Assembly (NCBI GenBank): GCA_030704615.1
Contig: CM060733.1
Span: forward strand, 19,096,001-19,160,000
Length of the DNA: 64,000 bases
Reading direction: 5' to 3'
Source: Takakia lepidozioides
Taxonomy: Eukaryota > Plantae > Bryophyta
The notes beneath the pieces were generated by a model. The model was not told where the DNA came from and searched no databases. It saw nothing but the letters and a program-made list of their open reading frames with translations. The position numbers were made by a program, and so were the translations under genes. How positions within the stretch are numbered: the first letter of the stretch is position 1; each line of letters begins with the position of its first letter. Positions 25,667 to 39,113 of the stretch are shown one piece after another.

Positions 25667-27335
25667 ATGTGGCAGGTGGCCTCGGGTTACAGTCGTTACA
25701 AGCATAATTGGCTCAAGGCATTGGAGGGACTCGGCGATGAGAGCACAAGCTGTCAGGGTGCCTGCATCAGCAACACGCAGAATTTGTTACGCTCTCCTTC
25801 CTTGTCAGCAGCTGTTGGATCAGTGAGAACAGGAGCGCAATGTGCGAGTTCCTATAGCGGATCTTGTGTGAGTGACGCACCCAGATTAATGGAAGACACT
25901 AGTTGTGAAACATCATGTGCTGTAGACTGCACATTATCGCTGGGCACTGCAGCATCGCGCCCTGACATACCCGCCCGCCTCTCACGTGCGGGATCTCCCG
26001 CACAGGAACCGTCTTGGCAGCTCTGCTCTAGGTCGGAGCAAGCTGATGCGGCCGTGCGTCGTGTATGTGAGCAGGAGAGGAGTGAACCGGGCATGTCGTG
26101 GGCAGCTAGCTGTGGTGGGATGGAACCCACCTTGCCGCCTGATTATTTTGGACCCCAGGTACACTTTTTGTCTAGCAGCCGGCAGCCAAGTGTCTGATGG
26201 CTTTCACGTAGGCAATGGCTGCCTCAAGAATCATGTTGTCTTCTTGTTCTTACTAGAAAAAATCTTCCTCAACTTCTTACATGTTTACAGTAGGCACGCC
26301 GGATAGACAGTGAGACAGGTAATGGGCGTGTTGCCCATGCTTACACACACAAGATTGTTAGTAGTTCATACAAAATTCAGGGAAGTAGGAAGATGAAAAT
26401 AATAGACAGTCTATTGGTGTCTAAGCAAGCGATTTTGGCACTTAAATGTGTCTCATTGTACTTGGTGGCACAGGTTGTCGCCTCAGAAAGGGGACCAAGG
26501 CCTAGTGATGGCGTTCAGAGGAGTGGATCAAGCAGATGGACCAATTTCTGTGTCCGCGTAACTGAGAAGGAGGCAGCCCCACGCACAGGACTATTAAGCA
26601 TGCTGGAGAAATATGATAGCATGCCTACTCGCAAGTCCTGGCTGGCCGCTGATTTGACACCGTCAACTGTTATGTCCGTGGAAGGAAAGCTCGACAGCAA
26701 GGCATCAGATCAATGCCTGCAGGAGAGCAGCAGTGTTGTGCGCATTTGCGCACATTGTGGCACCACCAAAACTCCATTGTGGAGAAATGGTCCCCAGGGC
26801 CCGAAGGTATGCTACTTCTTCACACTGTTGCACTGTCACTCCTTGCATATCATGTTACTGTGTGTGTGAGGCATCTGAATTCTCCCTCCATCTGTGCTGG
26901 TTGGGCCTACAGTCGCTCTGCAATGCGTGCGGCATCCGATTCAAAAAGGCTGGTCGACGCGCGGCTGCCAGTGCCACCTCTGAGCTACAAAACTGTCCGT
27001 CAGCTATGATGGGTGCAGCCAAGGCAGGGAAGCGGAAATTGGGAGGGATCGAGCATCAGTACTGGGTGTACCCACAGGATTCTCGGCCGCGCAAGCGAGG
27101 CAGGGCGCCCTCTTTGCGTCCCGACGATAGCCTTTTCAGTGGGGCGAGTTGTGTGACATGGCAGCCGTGCTTGTTGGCACCCTCTTCTCAAGTCTGCCCG
27201 CCACGCGAAATACACTCCACACCGCCGCCTGGATCTCAGCAAGAGAACAAGGCCCAAACGGGTGCCTTCTCTACTGAGGAAGAGGAGGGTGCCGTGCTGT
27301 TGATGGCACTTTCCTGTGGCATGGTACAGTCCTAA
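25667..27335 (+). CDS. B-class GATA transcription factor carrying both HAN and LLM motifs, 3 coding exons (25667-26158, 26474-26806, 26913-27335)
   Basis: C-X2-C-X18-C-X2-C finger CAHCGTTKTPLWRNGPQGPK|SLCNACG, split by a GT-AG intron. N-terminal VDCTLSLGT (HAN motif); C-terminal EEEEGAVLLMALSCG (LLM motif). Confidence 0.9.
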
Positions 27336-28421
27336 GCGACACCACCTTCTGCAGACTCCCTCTATGGCAGAGCCCCCGTTTCTAGTGCGGAGAAGTGTGA
27401 GTGCAGCTAGGCCCTGTATATAGTAAGAGAGAGAGTAGACATGTGAGGATGGTCATGTACAATAGCATATGTGTTCTTGTATTTCCAATGCTCGAGCAGC
27501 TCATCACGCCACATTGCATTGATCTCCTGCTGGACTGCACATGGCTAAGTAAGATCACAACAGGGTTTGTTTATGTTGCCAAGTAATGCACTTGGGGTTG
27601 GTCAATCAGACCAAGCCATACGCTCCAAGCTAGTTCCTGATATGGATTGGATAACACGCATAGTGTATCTGTTCTCAGATTGTATCAGTGGTCGATATTC
27701 AGGCCTGAAAGCTCTTCACTAGGAAGGACTACGAGGTAGTCTTCTTTCTTCTTTTTCACAGTTCGCTGGTTGTTCTTGGAGGTTTACAAACCACATACTA
27801 GAATGGAGCAAGAGAATAGAACCTCCGAAAATCCATATGATATGCATGTGATCTGGGGAGGAAATTAATCTGCTCTAGTAGAGTTTGTAGTTCCTCTTGC
27901 ATATTATGGGAGTTACATTTCCCATAACAAGTCTTCTTCACTGCATTGCCACTTATGAAATGTTACTCTGGCAGAAATAAAGTGATGGTGAGCTAGCAGA
28001 TACTGCAGTCGTTAATCAGTCTTCAAAGTAGCATATTGTAAGTTTTTCTCCACGGGTATTTCGAATGCATTCTAGGAAAGATTAAATAGATAATGTTACC
28101 GAATACACTCTAGCTGAAATATTCAACATTATAAACAAATTCACAAAGAGCATTTGTGACACATTTATGCACGAGTACACATATAACTCCCAAAGCGTAC
28201 TTACCCTCAAACCAACTGATTGTACACAACATTAACGCAAGTGGTCAGTGGGAGTAATTGATGTTTAATGGTGTTCAACTAGGCTACAAACTTCTGAAGT
28301 GAAAAGGGAAGAACACTAGCTGGAAAATACACAGAGAGAACTAGGCAAAACATCTTTTTCCTTCCACCAAAACTTTTAGACACAACTGTCTTATCTCAGG
28401 TTTGTTATTCTTCTGCCTTCA

Positions 28422-28634
28422 AACCTTAGAAATTGAGTAGGTTCAATTCCTGATGTAGACTCAGATACAAGCTCCCAATAACAGAAACTCTACATTTGGC
28501 TAAATCACCTTTGAGCTAACCAATTTGATAACCTTAGAAACTGAGTAGGTTTCCTGATGTAGACTCAGATGCAAGCTCCCAATAACAGGAACTCTACATT
28601 TGGCTAAATCACCTTTGAGCTAACCAATTTGATA
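28422..28634. repeat. Tandem duplication of a ~105-109 bp unit (2 copies)
   Basis: accttagaaa(t/c)tgagtaggtt...gagctaaccaatttgata occurs twice back-to-back, with a few substitutions and a small indel. Confidence 0.9.
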
Positions 28635-28759
28635 CCACCCTGTTTCGAAGCTCCCCACCCAAAACACCCCAACCCTTCCGTTAGATCCTAACCAAAAGCA
28701 GCTCCATCTAAAGCTCACACACACATTTCCACAACTGGAAAATACACAGAGAAACTCAC

Positions 28760-31700
28760 ATTCTCAATGAGAAATCTATCAATTGGTAAGAGTTCGGGTA
28801 TGCGCCACACTGCTGTGAACACTCCTGCTTCCCTTGCTTGCGCACCCCAACCCAAACCATTGGCAGTCTCTTCATTACAATGTCAGATTCCACGCAACCA
28901 AACTAGTACACACCTGCCTGCATTTTTCCCATGTGAATTTCCAGGCCAGACACAAACGCAGGTGCAACCAATTCTTCACACAAGACAAGCGACTTGCAGC
29001 GACTTCATGCCTATAGAGAAGAAGGGCAATTGATTATCACACTTGTCGAAAGCTATCAAACTGTGCCCACGCAGTAGCCCAGGCCTTCTAAATAAATACA
29101 ACAGACTGAAACACTACATGAGAGAACAGGTCCCACAATCTGAATGCAGAAGGGGATAGACCTGCTGTAGACAGGTCCTGCATCAGCAGCAAGCGATGGG
29201 TAACAAACTCCTGTATCATTCCATACACGGTTAGCCTTGTGGTTCACATAACACTAGGAGCTGTGCAGCCATGCGTAACAACACAAGGTTTCAGCCAACC
29301 AAAAGCAGATAAGCAACAAGCAGATATGGTCTTGGTCTTGCAAACTGGTTGTGTTGAAGCTACCCCTTAAACTGACATTTGCACACTTGACTCATCAGCA
29401 GACATGACAGGAATGAAGAAGCCCGCACTGTCACTCCTTCTGCCTCCTACCCAACCCACCAGGTCCAACATAAAAGGAGTCTGAGTGTATACCTGCCAGA
29501 CTGCTGGCATGTACTCACGGTTAGAACCAAATGATTTCTTTGCCTTGCCTGCAGTGGCATCTGCGTTTGATTCCTTGTGAAACCATCTGCCACTTGGCCT
29601 GCAATCACTGAATCATGTCAGCCATACCATACACACATGGAATACCAAGCAAGACAAGCTCAAGCCAGCACTTGACACTTATGACTATTGTGACTGCAAG
29701 CACATTCGTAGTTGCCTGCTTGTGCGTGATGCAATCATGTACACTGGGGGCACATGGGTGTGATTCATAAAAGGAACTTCACCCACTTAAGACATACACC
29801 ACCATTGACCATAAGAGCAGCGGTAATAAAAGACTCACGATTTCTGGGTGAGATTCAGATAGCAGAAAGGATTTGAGATTACATGTCAACAGTGTCAGAA
29901 GCAAACGTAGAGAAAATGGCAGATTTGGTGGCCACCACAAGAAGTCCAAAAGTCTGTGACAAGTAGCGCAGTTCTCTCACCAGAGCTTGCACAACACCTT
30001 GCACACCCCTGCCCACCTCCAAGCCAGTTCCATTAGGCACTCGTGTCCAAACCAGTCTACCTAAAACACTCATCAAACCCAAATTCCTGAGCAAGTGCTT
30101 CTCATGCAAGTCTCTGTTCCAAAGCGGGGTGAAAGAAAAGCTTGGTTTGACCTAAGTCAATGGGTTTGCCAAGTGATTGAGAGAAGTTGAACCCACACAT
30201 TACATGACGGAACACTTGTAGTCAAGTAGTAGTCATGCTTCAATCATGTCCCAATCCTTATGCACAGGCATTAGTGCTTGAAGGACCTGACAACTATTTT
30301 ACTTTACAATCCCAGTAAATCTGGAGGCTTAGCCTCATGCCAATGATAATCTGACAACACAAGCAGTACTACCATTTTATTTTATTTTCATTTATTTCTT
30401 ACATGAAGGGGAAAGAAAAACCCCCCAGAGGCCATGAAGGCAGTACCACCTTCCTTTGTCAGTACTTGCTCCTGCTATCAACTGTGCTCCTCTATCCAGC
30501 CAATAGAATGCTCCAATGCTGCACCCTCCTCTTCAAGCCCTGTCAGTTTCCACTCCTGTACTGTGGCATCACAAGGAGCTTACAAACTACAATCTTAAGA
30601 ACTGCAAAAAGATGGGTAAGCTGTCGAGGCAGTGATCTGTATGTCTCCACTTTTCCCTGCTCACTTCTGTACCTACACCTATGCATATCCACCTCATTTC
30701 CTCGACTGTTGTTCCATTGGACGGACAAACCACTACACCTCACTATCACCCAAAGCTTCTCACAACAGAACATGGAACACAGTAAAGTTATCCGTAAACT
30801 CGAACAGACAGACATGCATATTTTTCGATTTTATGTTGATGGTGAGGGATGGCCAGTGATTGGGGGTCAATACCCCCAGTTTGGCCGAAATAGGGGATGA
30901 GTTACAAAACTAGGATCAAACTAATACAAAGGGACAAAACACAGGATGAAACTCATTTCTTCACCAAAACCCGGGGTCAAACTAGTTTCATACCCAGTTT
31001 GGGTTTTGCCGTGTCCATCGTGAAGGTGAAAGGGCCTCCAGGAAGAAAATCCTTGCTTCTTATACTTTTGAGGGAATCGGACTATGTCAAGTAGCAAGAC
31101 TCATACCAAGTTTACTCGTACCGTGTTTGGCTGACTTTACATACTGGGGATGAAACACGAGTTACAGGTCCAAAGTGGGGCCCAAACTCAGGATGGCTTT
31201 CCGGATAACTTCAATAGAAAATAGAAAAAGACAGGAAGGAACTGCATAACGCCTATAGAAAGAAAAAGAGAAAGAACGAGCTTAAAAACATCAACAGCGA
31301 AGAGAAAGTATCCATAAGACTTCGTTTGCCGTAGCCTCTATGAGGGGATCACTCCAGTAGTGTGACTTACCATATAAACAATTAGTTCGGGCTTTCCAGA
31401 CATCCTCTAGAAAGCCCTTCACAGAAGCATCAGTCTACTGTGCATGAGCAGCCCAAAAGTTTGACCCCAACAGGGTCAGGGCTTTAGGCTCAGCCTTGAG
31501 ATTTTGAAACTTGGTGAACAGAGGTGCAGTTGATGTTCCTGAAGAGGGTCACTCTCTGGTGAGAATACCCCGGACAATGTATCAGAAAATGGATATTGTA
31601 TTTAGGTTGCCCGCACGTCCGGCACTTGAATATCTCCCTTTCCTCTCTGCATCTGTTTAATGTTCAAAGGTAGACTCCCCACCCCGAGTCTAAAATTCAG

Positions 31701-33502
31701 TCTAGTGCAGAAGGTAGGTAGGACCTTCCGATCATTCCTTCAGGTCCTAAAGGTCAGGCAGCCAAGAGATTGTACTCATAAGACGTTGTTTGCTGTAGCC
31801 TTGTGGCCATTGACCCCGCGCCCAGTTTGAGCGGAACACCAAGGGACAAAACCTACCTCTGTCAGGGGCTGACGTTGGTAGTAACCGAGAGAGAATGAAA
31901 AAGACAGAAACCAATAGAAAGTAGGGAGAACCTGTCAATAAGAAGAAGGCTGACAGCTCTTCCCTGATGCTGAGAAGCATGGATCATTTGGTGAGTTTTG
32001 GTCTGCCACACAGCCCTGCCCGCTGTCAGCCATTACTTCGTTTTCCATGGGACCAGGCCTTCTGTAGCCATTATTTGCCCAAAAAACTGTCAAACATCAT
32101 ATACTAAAAGCACAACAGTACATAGCAAAACAATTCCACAACAACAATTGACAGAAATAATGATGGTTTCTCAATCAGCTGGTAAGGTAGACATGTATGG
32201 AAGGACACATGAACCCGTAGGGCAGCTAAGAGATGAAAGCTGTGGTAGCAACGGGTGTAATGGAAGCGCTTCAAACAGGTGTCGATGACATGCTCTCCAT
32301 CCTCCACTATCTCTCCACCTTTCTCGAATTCAGAATTTCCCTCCTGCCTGTGCCTCTGCTGTGCCACTGCCATGTGCCACTTTCTTATAAACCAATGCAC
32401 ATACTGAACTGGCAAACGACCCACTTCTAAATTACAGGAGACTCTTGAATAGTAGCAATTGAGTTTTATCCCTCCCAGTAAGACATTTTCAACAAACTCT
32501 AGCTCCATGCCTTCCACCCTTGGCTACCCACATTAGCTACTTTCCAGTCAATCCTACCTTAGCAGAGCAGCAGGTAATGGCAAGCAGGGCATACACTGGT
32601 AGATACGAGCTTGCAGAAGACACACCAAGCGTAGTATGTCAAAATGACCATCTAGGTCATACCACAGGACCCCTGCCTCCCATCCTCCGAAGCCCTCCTT
32701 GGGCAGCAGACATGTCACTGCCGCCTTCCAACAGCCCCCCCCACACAATTCTTGCAAAGCCTCAGATAGTTGAGGTTACTTCCAATAATACAGGTGCATA
32801 TATGCGAGCCTTCAATCAGAGGAAGCAACTAGGCAGGCTGCACGCCTTTGACAACTACCATTTTAAATTAAATGCGGGCTGTAAGAATCGTTGCATCACT
32901 ACCTACTGCTGCGACTCCAAAAATTCAAACCCGACACAAGGGAGGGCACCCTCAAAGGTCATGCAAATGACGATTAGAGCAGAAACAACGCGACTCGCAT
33001 ACCATTAACAATGCAACAAACTAGATGGCTGAAAGTCATCCGAACACACGCAAGGGCCGAAGCCAACATTGGGGTGCACATCTTGTTCCACACGAAGTAT
33101 CATAAACATTCAGATGCAAGCACCCACACCCTTTGTGTTTCTGATATAATTCCACAAAATAGTGAGCTGTGTGTCATTCGAACCATCTTCTGGCAATTCT
33201 TCTCTCATTAAATCCTTTAGTGCCAAGAAGTCAAAACCCAACGACAACTCGCATGGATCGTGTTGTGGAAACGAGTGCACGTAAAAGAGACTGTAATTGA
33301 AGGTGGAGGTAGACAAGAGGTAGTGCACCTCCAGAAGAAACTCGGTCTTGCCAGATCCAGAGGCCCCCCCCACTTCCACCACATTCCCCGGCTGCAAACT
33401 CACACGCTGTAACGGTGACAGAAGGGGCAGCGACCGCCGCAACACCCTGCGCAACATAATTTCAGCAGATTCATCCCCGCGCACCCACTGCTGCACCTCC
33501 AT
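28760..33502 (-). CDS. XRCC2: DNA repair protein XRCC2 homolog (RAD51 paralog), multi-exon
   Basis: Exon 1 reads WVRGDESAEIMLRRVL..PLQRVSLQPGNVVEVGGASGSGKT (Walker A). Later exons give AAVTCLLPK..YDLDGHFDILRL, CLKRFHYTRCYHSF, LLLID|SIGAFYWLDR (Walker B), LVVATKSAIF, REYMPAVWQ and WRIPELLPIDRFLIEN. The 3' end is approximate. Confidence 0.85.
31345..31885 (-). mobile_element. LINE fragments (same family as 5971-6490) in an XRCC2 intron
   Basis: 31345-31740 resembles ~6080-6470. 31770-31882 is a close match to the 3' end at 5971-6085 and is absent from the duplicated block at ~51190. Confidence 0.75.
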
Positions 33503-34471
33503 TGCCTCCAAATCATTGCCTGCTGCTGCTCCCTCAACCACCAAGCATCTTTCAACCCTTCAATGCACCACCCTTGTTCTCACATCCCGCACACATGGGA
33601 TTCCGATCCTCGCCCACCTCGCACGACGTACTCAAAATTCAAAGTTCAAAGTCGACCACCTTTCTGCTGGGGTCCAAGGCTGCCTCTGTGAAGAGAGACT
33701 GGACAACTTTTAGCTACTAGAGAACGTCGGTAAAGTTTTATATTTTAGCTACTTACTAGTCAGGATTCCAAATGGGTGATTTGGTTTTTTTCTGGTTAGG
33801 GTTGCGATTTTTGACTGCGCAGGGAGTGGGGTCCGCTTCTGCGCGTTTTTTCTCTGCTCCCACGTTTTGTGCGCCGTCTCTCCTTCCACACATTTGCTGA
33901 ATTTTCCCAAATGCCCATTTTTGACCCAGTCTACTCTGACCAAGTGTCAGCACCTGAGTTTTTTCCCAAATTCCATTTTTCTTTTTGGGTTGGATGGAAG
34001 ATCCCACCAGGATGAAGTGGGAGCAGATTCATTGAATTTGGAAATCATCCTGTAAATTCAATTTACATTTTTGGTGTGTGGGGCCCAGAAATGGGCCCAG
34101 TTGCAAGGGTGGCATTGCCTTGCTTTTCACCTGATTTTCCTGAAATTTGGCATGTCCCTGCAGCAGGTAAATACGCACCTAATGTGCGGTCAGAATTCTG
34201 AAACTACCATTTTTCCAGAAATTACCCTCCTTTTTCTGCTCAGGGGAATTTTCCAGAAAGTCAAATGTTCATGAGTGCTGGGCGCTTAAGGGTTGTCAAG
34301 ACCAATGCATACATCATACAGTAACTAACCTACCAACACAATCAACCACAGTATAACTAGTATAATTTTACATCAAAAACAAAAAGCCAAAGATCTAGCC
34401 TGGGCATGGCTCGAGCATGCATCCTTGTATGCATTTTTGTAGAGCAGTTGGAATGTGGTTTCCCCATACAA

Positions 34472-36193
34472 TTACGTGACAGCGGTGACAGATGATACAC
34501 AAGAGATGAAGTCTGGATCTTCCTGCAGTCTCTTCGCAACATCGGGAGGCAGTTTGAAGTTTATTTCTATTGTGCCATTGCTGTTCTCTGGAAAAAAACC
34601 GATCAATGGACTGACGGTAGACTTCTTGGCGTAGAAGACAGTATAGGCAAAAGCCGGGCCCCATCCGAAGTCACAACGTTCAAGACTTGGGAACCGAGTT
34701 GAACCTCCAGTAAGCACATCAGTCAAAGGTCGAAAATCACTGACAAACAACCATTCTTTTTTTTCTTTCTCCATCATGGTAAAATAAGACTTGATTTGTT
34801 CAGCGGTGAGATCTGCAATCGTCATGTGCAGCAGGTTTGCAGCATATGAGATTCCATTTCCCAAAAGCTCTCCCACAGTGGTGACTGCCACTGCGGTAAG
34901 AATAGCATTTCCAAAATAATTCGTAGAGAGCTCTGGCCACCGTTTCCTGCAATCCACGCTATTGAAGTATCGAGTTTCCTCCGTATCTGCAAGCAATCGA
35001 GCCCGGGTAATGGCCCTCCAGACATGTGCACTGATCACTACATAAGCACTGTAAGTAGATCCATCTTGTGAATCCTCCCATGCTTTACCTTTGAGCTTCT
35101 TTTGCATCGGTAGATCAAAAAACACGTGCAAAGTTGTTGGGTCTAGGGCATGAGTCACGATAGGAGGACCCTTTGAATCCTTGACGTAACGATTACCCAC
35201 CAACGGTAACCTCGTACTAAAAGCCTTTCGAAAGGTTTCTGTCCAATCTGAGTTGTCTGACTCTGATGCCAATTTGACTAGATTGGCTCGCGAGCTAAAA
35301 TTGGGAGGAAGGGAGATGCGTTCCCCACGGGCGAGCTCTGCCCATGACTTGATAAATTGCCACACTGTCATTCCATCTGCGATTCCATGGAAGTAAACAT
35401 AACCAAGTACATAGCCGCCACACTTGAGATGAGTGATCTGCGGTTTTCCAAAAGAATCGATATATCACTCCGAAACTCGAATTGGGTTATACATGTGCAT
35501 TGCGATCAACAGTGCTAGTCTACTATTGCACATGTCATGTGTCATAACCTTCACACCTGAAATGGAAGCCATTCAATGACGTGCAGAGATATTGGAAGCT
35601 ACCTGGGCGCCGAAAAGAGGACCGCGGGTATGCCAGGTACCGAAGTCCTTCCCATGGAAGGGGATGGGTTGGACAAAGTGTTGATACATGTCAGCCATGT
35701 TGTAGTTACTTAGCTCCCGCACAGTGATGGGAGCTGAAGCCTCAACAAACTCCACCCCTGCATCGTTACAGACCACGGCTGTCTCCCCGTCTTCGGCTTG
35801 TACAAACCGGCCTGCATGACATGTCATGGTCTCCCAACGTCGTCATCTAGTTTCCCCGAAGCCTAGATACCAAAGCTGGCATGACAGACTTGGATAATCG
35901 CATCTAGATAGTACTGTAGCCGCCGTGTAGTCGGTGCACTCCTGAAATGATTTACCTGCAAGTGGGTAGTACTCTGCCAGCGCTCTTGAGAAACTCTCCC
36001 TTAGTTTTCCATTGAACTGCTCCACACTGAGGTCTTCTTCAGCGCTAGCGTCGAACAGGAACACCTGTCTGAGGGGAGGAGCTCTCAGAATACGGAGATC
36101 GAAGCTCGTAAGTGGGAGCCGCTGCAACTCCCGCCTCTGGTCAGGACGTGGCGTGGGAACCACCATGGTTTTTGATACGACACTCACATCCAT
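34472..36193 (-). CDS. BAHD-family acyltransferase, 3 exons (36193-35956, 35811-35603, 35437-34472), apparently intact
   Basis: LPLTSFD, ALAEYYPLAG|R, CNDAGVEFVEA, Q|ITHLKCGGYVLG, the catalytic HxxxD (HGIAD), NYFGNA and DFGWG are all in frame across GT-AG introns. Confidence 0.92.
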
Positions 36194-38039
36194 TTTAAAC
36201 AAGTGTTGACTTCACCGGGAAGTTTGTGACTTGGTGAGCTAGGCGCAAGCTAAATAGGAATCCAGAGTCAAAGAGTACTAGACAATGATCAATGGAAGGT
36301 CTGAAATCATGTCGATGCTGATCGATCACGAGTCAGGAAGGAGTCTAAGCTAGAGCTGGATATAATCCTCGAACCTCAGAGGATAGTTCACACAGTCCAC
36401 CGGTGAACATCAGAGGAACTCTGAACTTTGACACTTCTGTGAGGTCTCCACACCCCTCTCACATGCGCATCACTAACGACGCAGAAAGGGGTATGAACAA
36501 GGGCTCTCCAGAAGCAAATCCTAGATTATGAATAACCCGGGCCGGCCAGAGCAGCCCTTGCTGCCGAAATCCGGCAAAAGTACCGTAAGATGGCAGGAGT
36601 GCATTAAGTTTTTTCCTTATTTCTATTATCTTCCCTTTTTTCCTTACCTTTAATAAACTGGGGCCTTATTCCCTTCTACTAAAAAAACAAAAGAAAAACA
36701 AATGATCTGGGCCTCTGGCGTTTGCCTTTCTGACTTGGCGTGCCTGCCTGACCCTTTTTTCGCGTTGGAGGATCTATAATTTACTGGGCCCTGCCTTGGA
36801 AAGGGACTACCGTACTGTGCTGAGTCCACTTTCATGAATATCTTGAGTGGGCACAGGTTCCCTTGCCGCCCTTCCTTATGTGTTCCAGTAATGCATGAAT
36901 ATAGATACTATTGATATTAGATGAACTTTATAGATGAATGTCCACATTAGTACGTATAATCCAATGGTGGATGTCAATATGACATATCATATCTGTATGT
37001 GACATTACCACTTCCAATATCTAATTCCAAACAAAAATAAATAAATAAATTCCGAACATCTAAGATTGGATGTCTAGATGTCTTAGATTTTTTTGATTTT
37101 TTCTTAGATTACCAAACAAACGATCTCAAGATGTAGGATTTGAATTTTTCTTTATTGGACTGGCTTGGAATCCCTTCCTACCGAAATTTTTGCTGTCAAC
37201 TTTGCTCTATTTTGAAATGTTGTGACTGGGCTTACGAGGGTTAATAGTAGCAGCTTGTGAGGCCTTTCTCATATCTAAGTCACAAGGAAGGATCGATAAT
37301 TTTTTCTCAAAAACAGTAGTGCCGCATAGTTTTGTAAAAGACCCAAGTGGGGTGATTATACAATTACGGGATTTTGAGCACACTTTCCATGAAGAAGCTA
37401 TGCGAGCAAATTTTGTTCACAATTTCTTTGTAGTGATTATGATGATTTGGTGGACGGGAATGCTGAAGACACCGAGGATATTCCTGATATCTACCTTGAC
37501 CTTAGTGTAGACGAAACTATGTGTAGATGTCTTGCAAATCGGCACATTGAAAATGAGGAGATTCATGATCTCAATGTGGTGGACGAGGTAGATGGAGAAA
37601 TCATGATGATTAGCGAGGAAGATGAATATGATGACATTGTCGAGTCCATGCAGGGGCCTTTTGAAGTTACATGGAGCTCTCGCAAATAGATGCGACTTGT
37701 ATGAAGTTATTTCCGCACGCACATATTTGTATTGATTTTTGTTCAATGAAAATTTCGATTTTTTTCATCTTATTTTCATCTTATTACAAAAACATGAGAA
37801 GAGGCTTGCAAGCTTTTTGCTGGGATTTTTAGGAATTAGGCACTTTGGTCCCATAGTTTCCGAAGAATTAGGCCAAAATCTGAAAAATTCAAAGAATTGG
37901 CTAGGCACTTTCATTTTGAATTAATTATCGCCTAAACGGTTGTCCAGGGACAGTAATCTGAGAGGGTGGCTGCTAATGTGTGTGAGAAACTTAAGGAAAT
38001 CCAGGCAGCCAATAAGAGGCCACCATTTACCATTCCAGA

Positions 38040-38390
38040 TGTCAAGTTAAATAAGCACAGTGTGAAAACAGCTAGAATAAAACTAGTTATTTGTATTTAA
38101 CACTTGGATTTAGGTCAAGTGTTAAATCAGGTGTCAAGTTTAGTTTGACACCTGGTCCGTCTTATCTTCACGAGAGCGGCAGTCGCGCGGCTCATCTTTC
38201 TCGAGTTGAGCCTGCGCGACCGAGCTCCTGCATGCGTTTAGATCTGAGTGTACTCATGATGGGAGTGTAGGTTGTTGTGGGGTGGAGTCCCCATAGCTTG
38301 GGGTGCCCCTGGCTCGACTTCTATTATAAAGAGTGATAGCGATGGATTTCATATGTTTTGTGTCAACAGTGTCTCTATGCTTGTTTATCA
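38040..38390 (+). repeat. Terminal repeat A1 (351 bp; right-hand part of the LTR)
   Basis: Matches 48057-48407 with only two C/T differences found by eye. Begins TG and ends CA. Confidence 0.95.
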
Positions 38391-38406
38391 CTCGAGAAAG
38401 ATGAGC
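38390..38406 (+). promoter_or_regulatory. Putative self-priming primer-binding site
   Basis: ACTCGAGAAAGATGAGC at the LTR end is the exact reverse complement of 38190-38206 (GCTCATCTTTCTCGAGT). No TGG-type tRNA PBS directly follows the LTR. Confidence 0.7.
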
Positions 38407-39113
38407 GTTATCTAGTGTGTTGGTGCTAAGCTAGATACAATGTTTGTTTTAGCATTATTATAATATATATCTTGGGGCGGGAGTCCATCTGGCCCTGCTG
38501 TTTCAATGGTCTGTGCGCAAGAGTGTAGGCGAGTCTCTCTCTCTCTTCCCCGCCCCTTGTTCTCTCTTTCCCGCCCCTTACAAGCTCGCAAACCGCAAGT
38601 CGCTCCCTCGCTGGTCTGTGCGCAAGAGCATAGGTGCTGTACAGTCCATTAAAGGGAAAGGAAGGAAGAGTCTTAGAAAAGCCGCAAGAGGGAGGGAATT
38701 TGAGCAGTGGCACCATCGAGCGGAAGGGAGGCACGGACTTCGATTGTCGCACAGCATGTCGCTCATGATGGAAGTCCCGGTGTTTCGTAATCTCTGCAGT
38801 TCTGGAAAGTCTGGTAGCGGGAGTGCTTGGAATTTTGCTTTGTACCGTTTGAAATGGAGAATCTGAACGAAGCTGGACCCTACTGTTTTCGGACAAAAAC
38901 AGCGATCTCACCTACTTCTTCTAGCCTACACATAAGGCACTGTTTTGGGTGGGGCTTTCTATCCTTGGCTTGTTCATATTGGCAAGTAGTAAGGCAGCAG
39001 TAGCAAGCCATTTTCTCTGTAAAGAACAGAAGGTAGATTGTCTGTGGCCCCTAAGGAAAACTCTGGGAAGCTATGCCAAAGCATTCTGACGCTAGTGCAA
39101 CGTGCAAATGTCA

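Noticed and set aside
28422-28634. Repeat array as CRISPR-like
   Set aside because: A two-copy tandem duplication with no spacers, in a eukaryotic context.
36900-37930. AT-rich block with an acidic 80-aa ORF, possible DNA transposon remnant
   Set aside because: No TIRs, TSD or transposase motifs could be identified.
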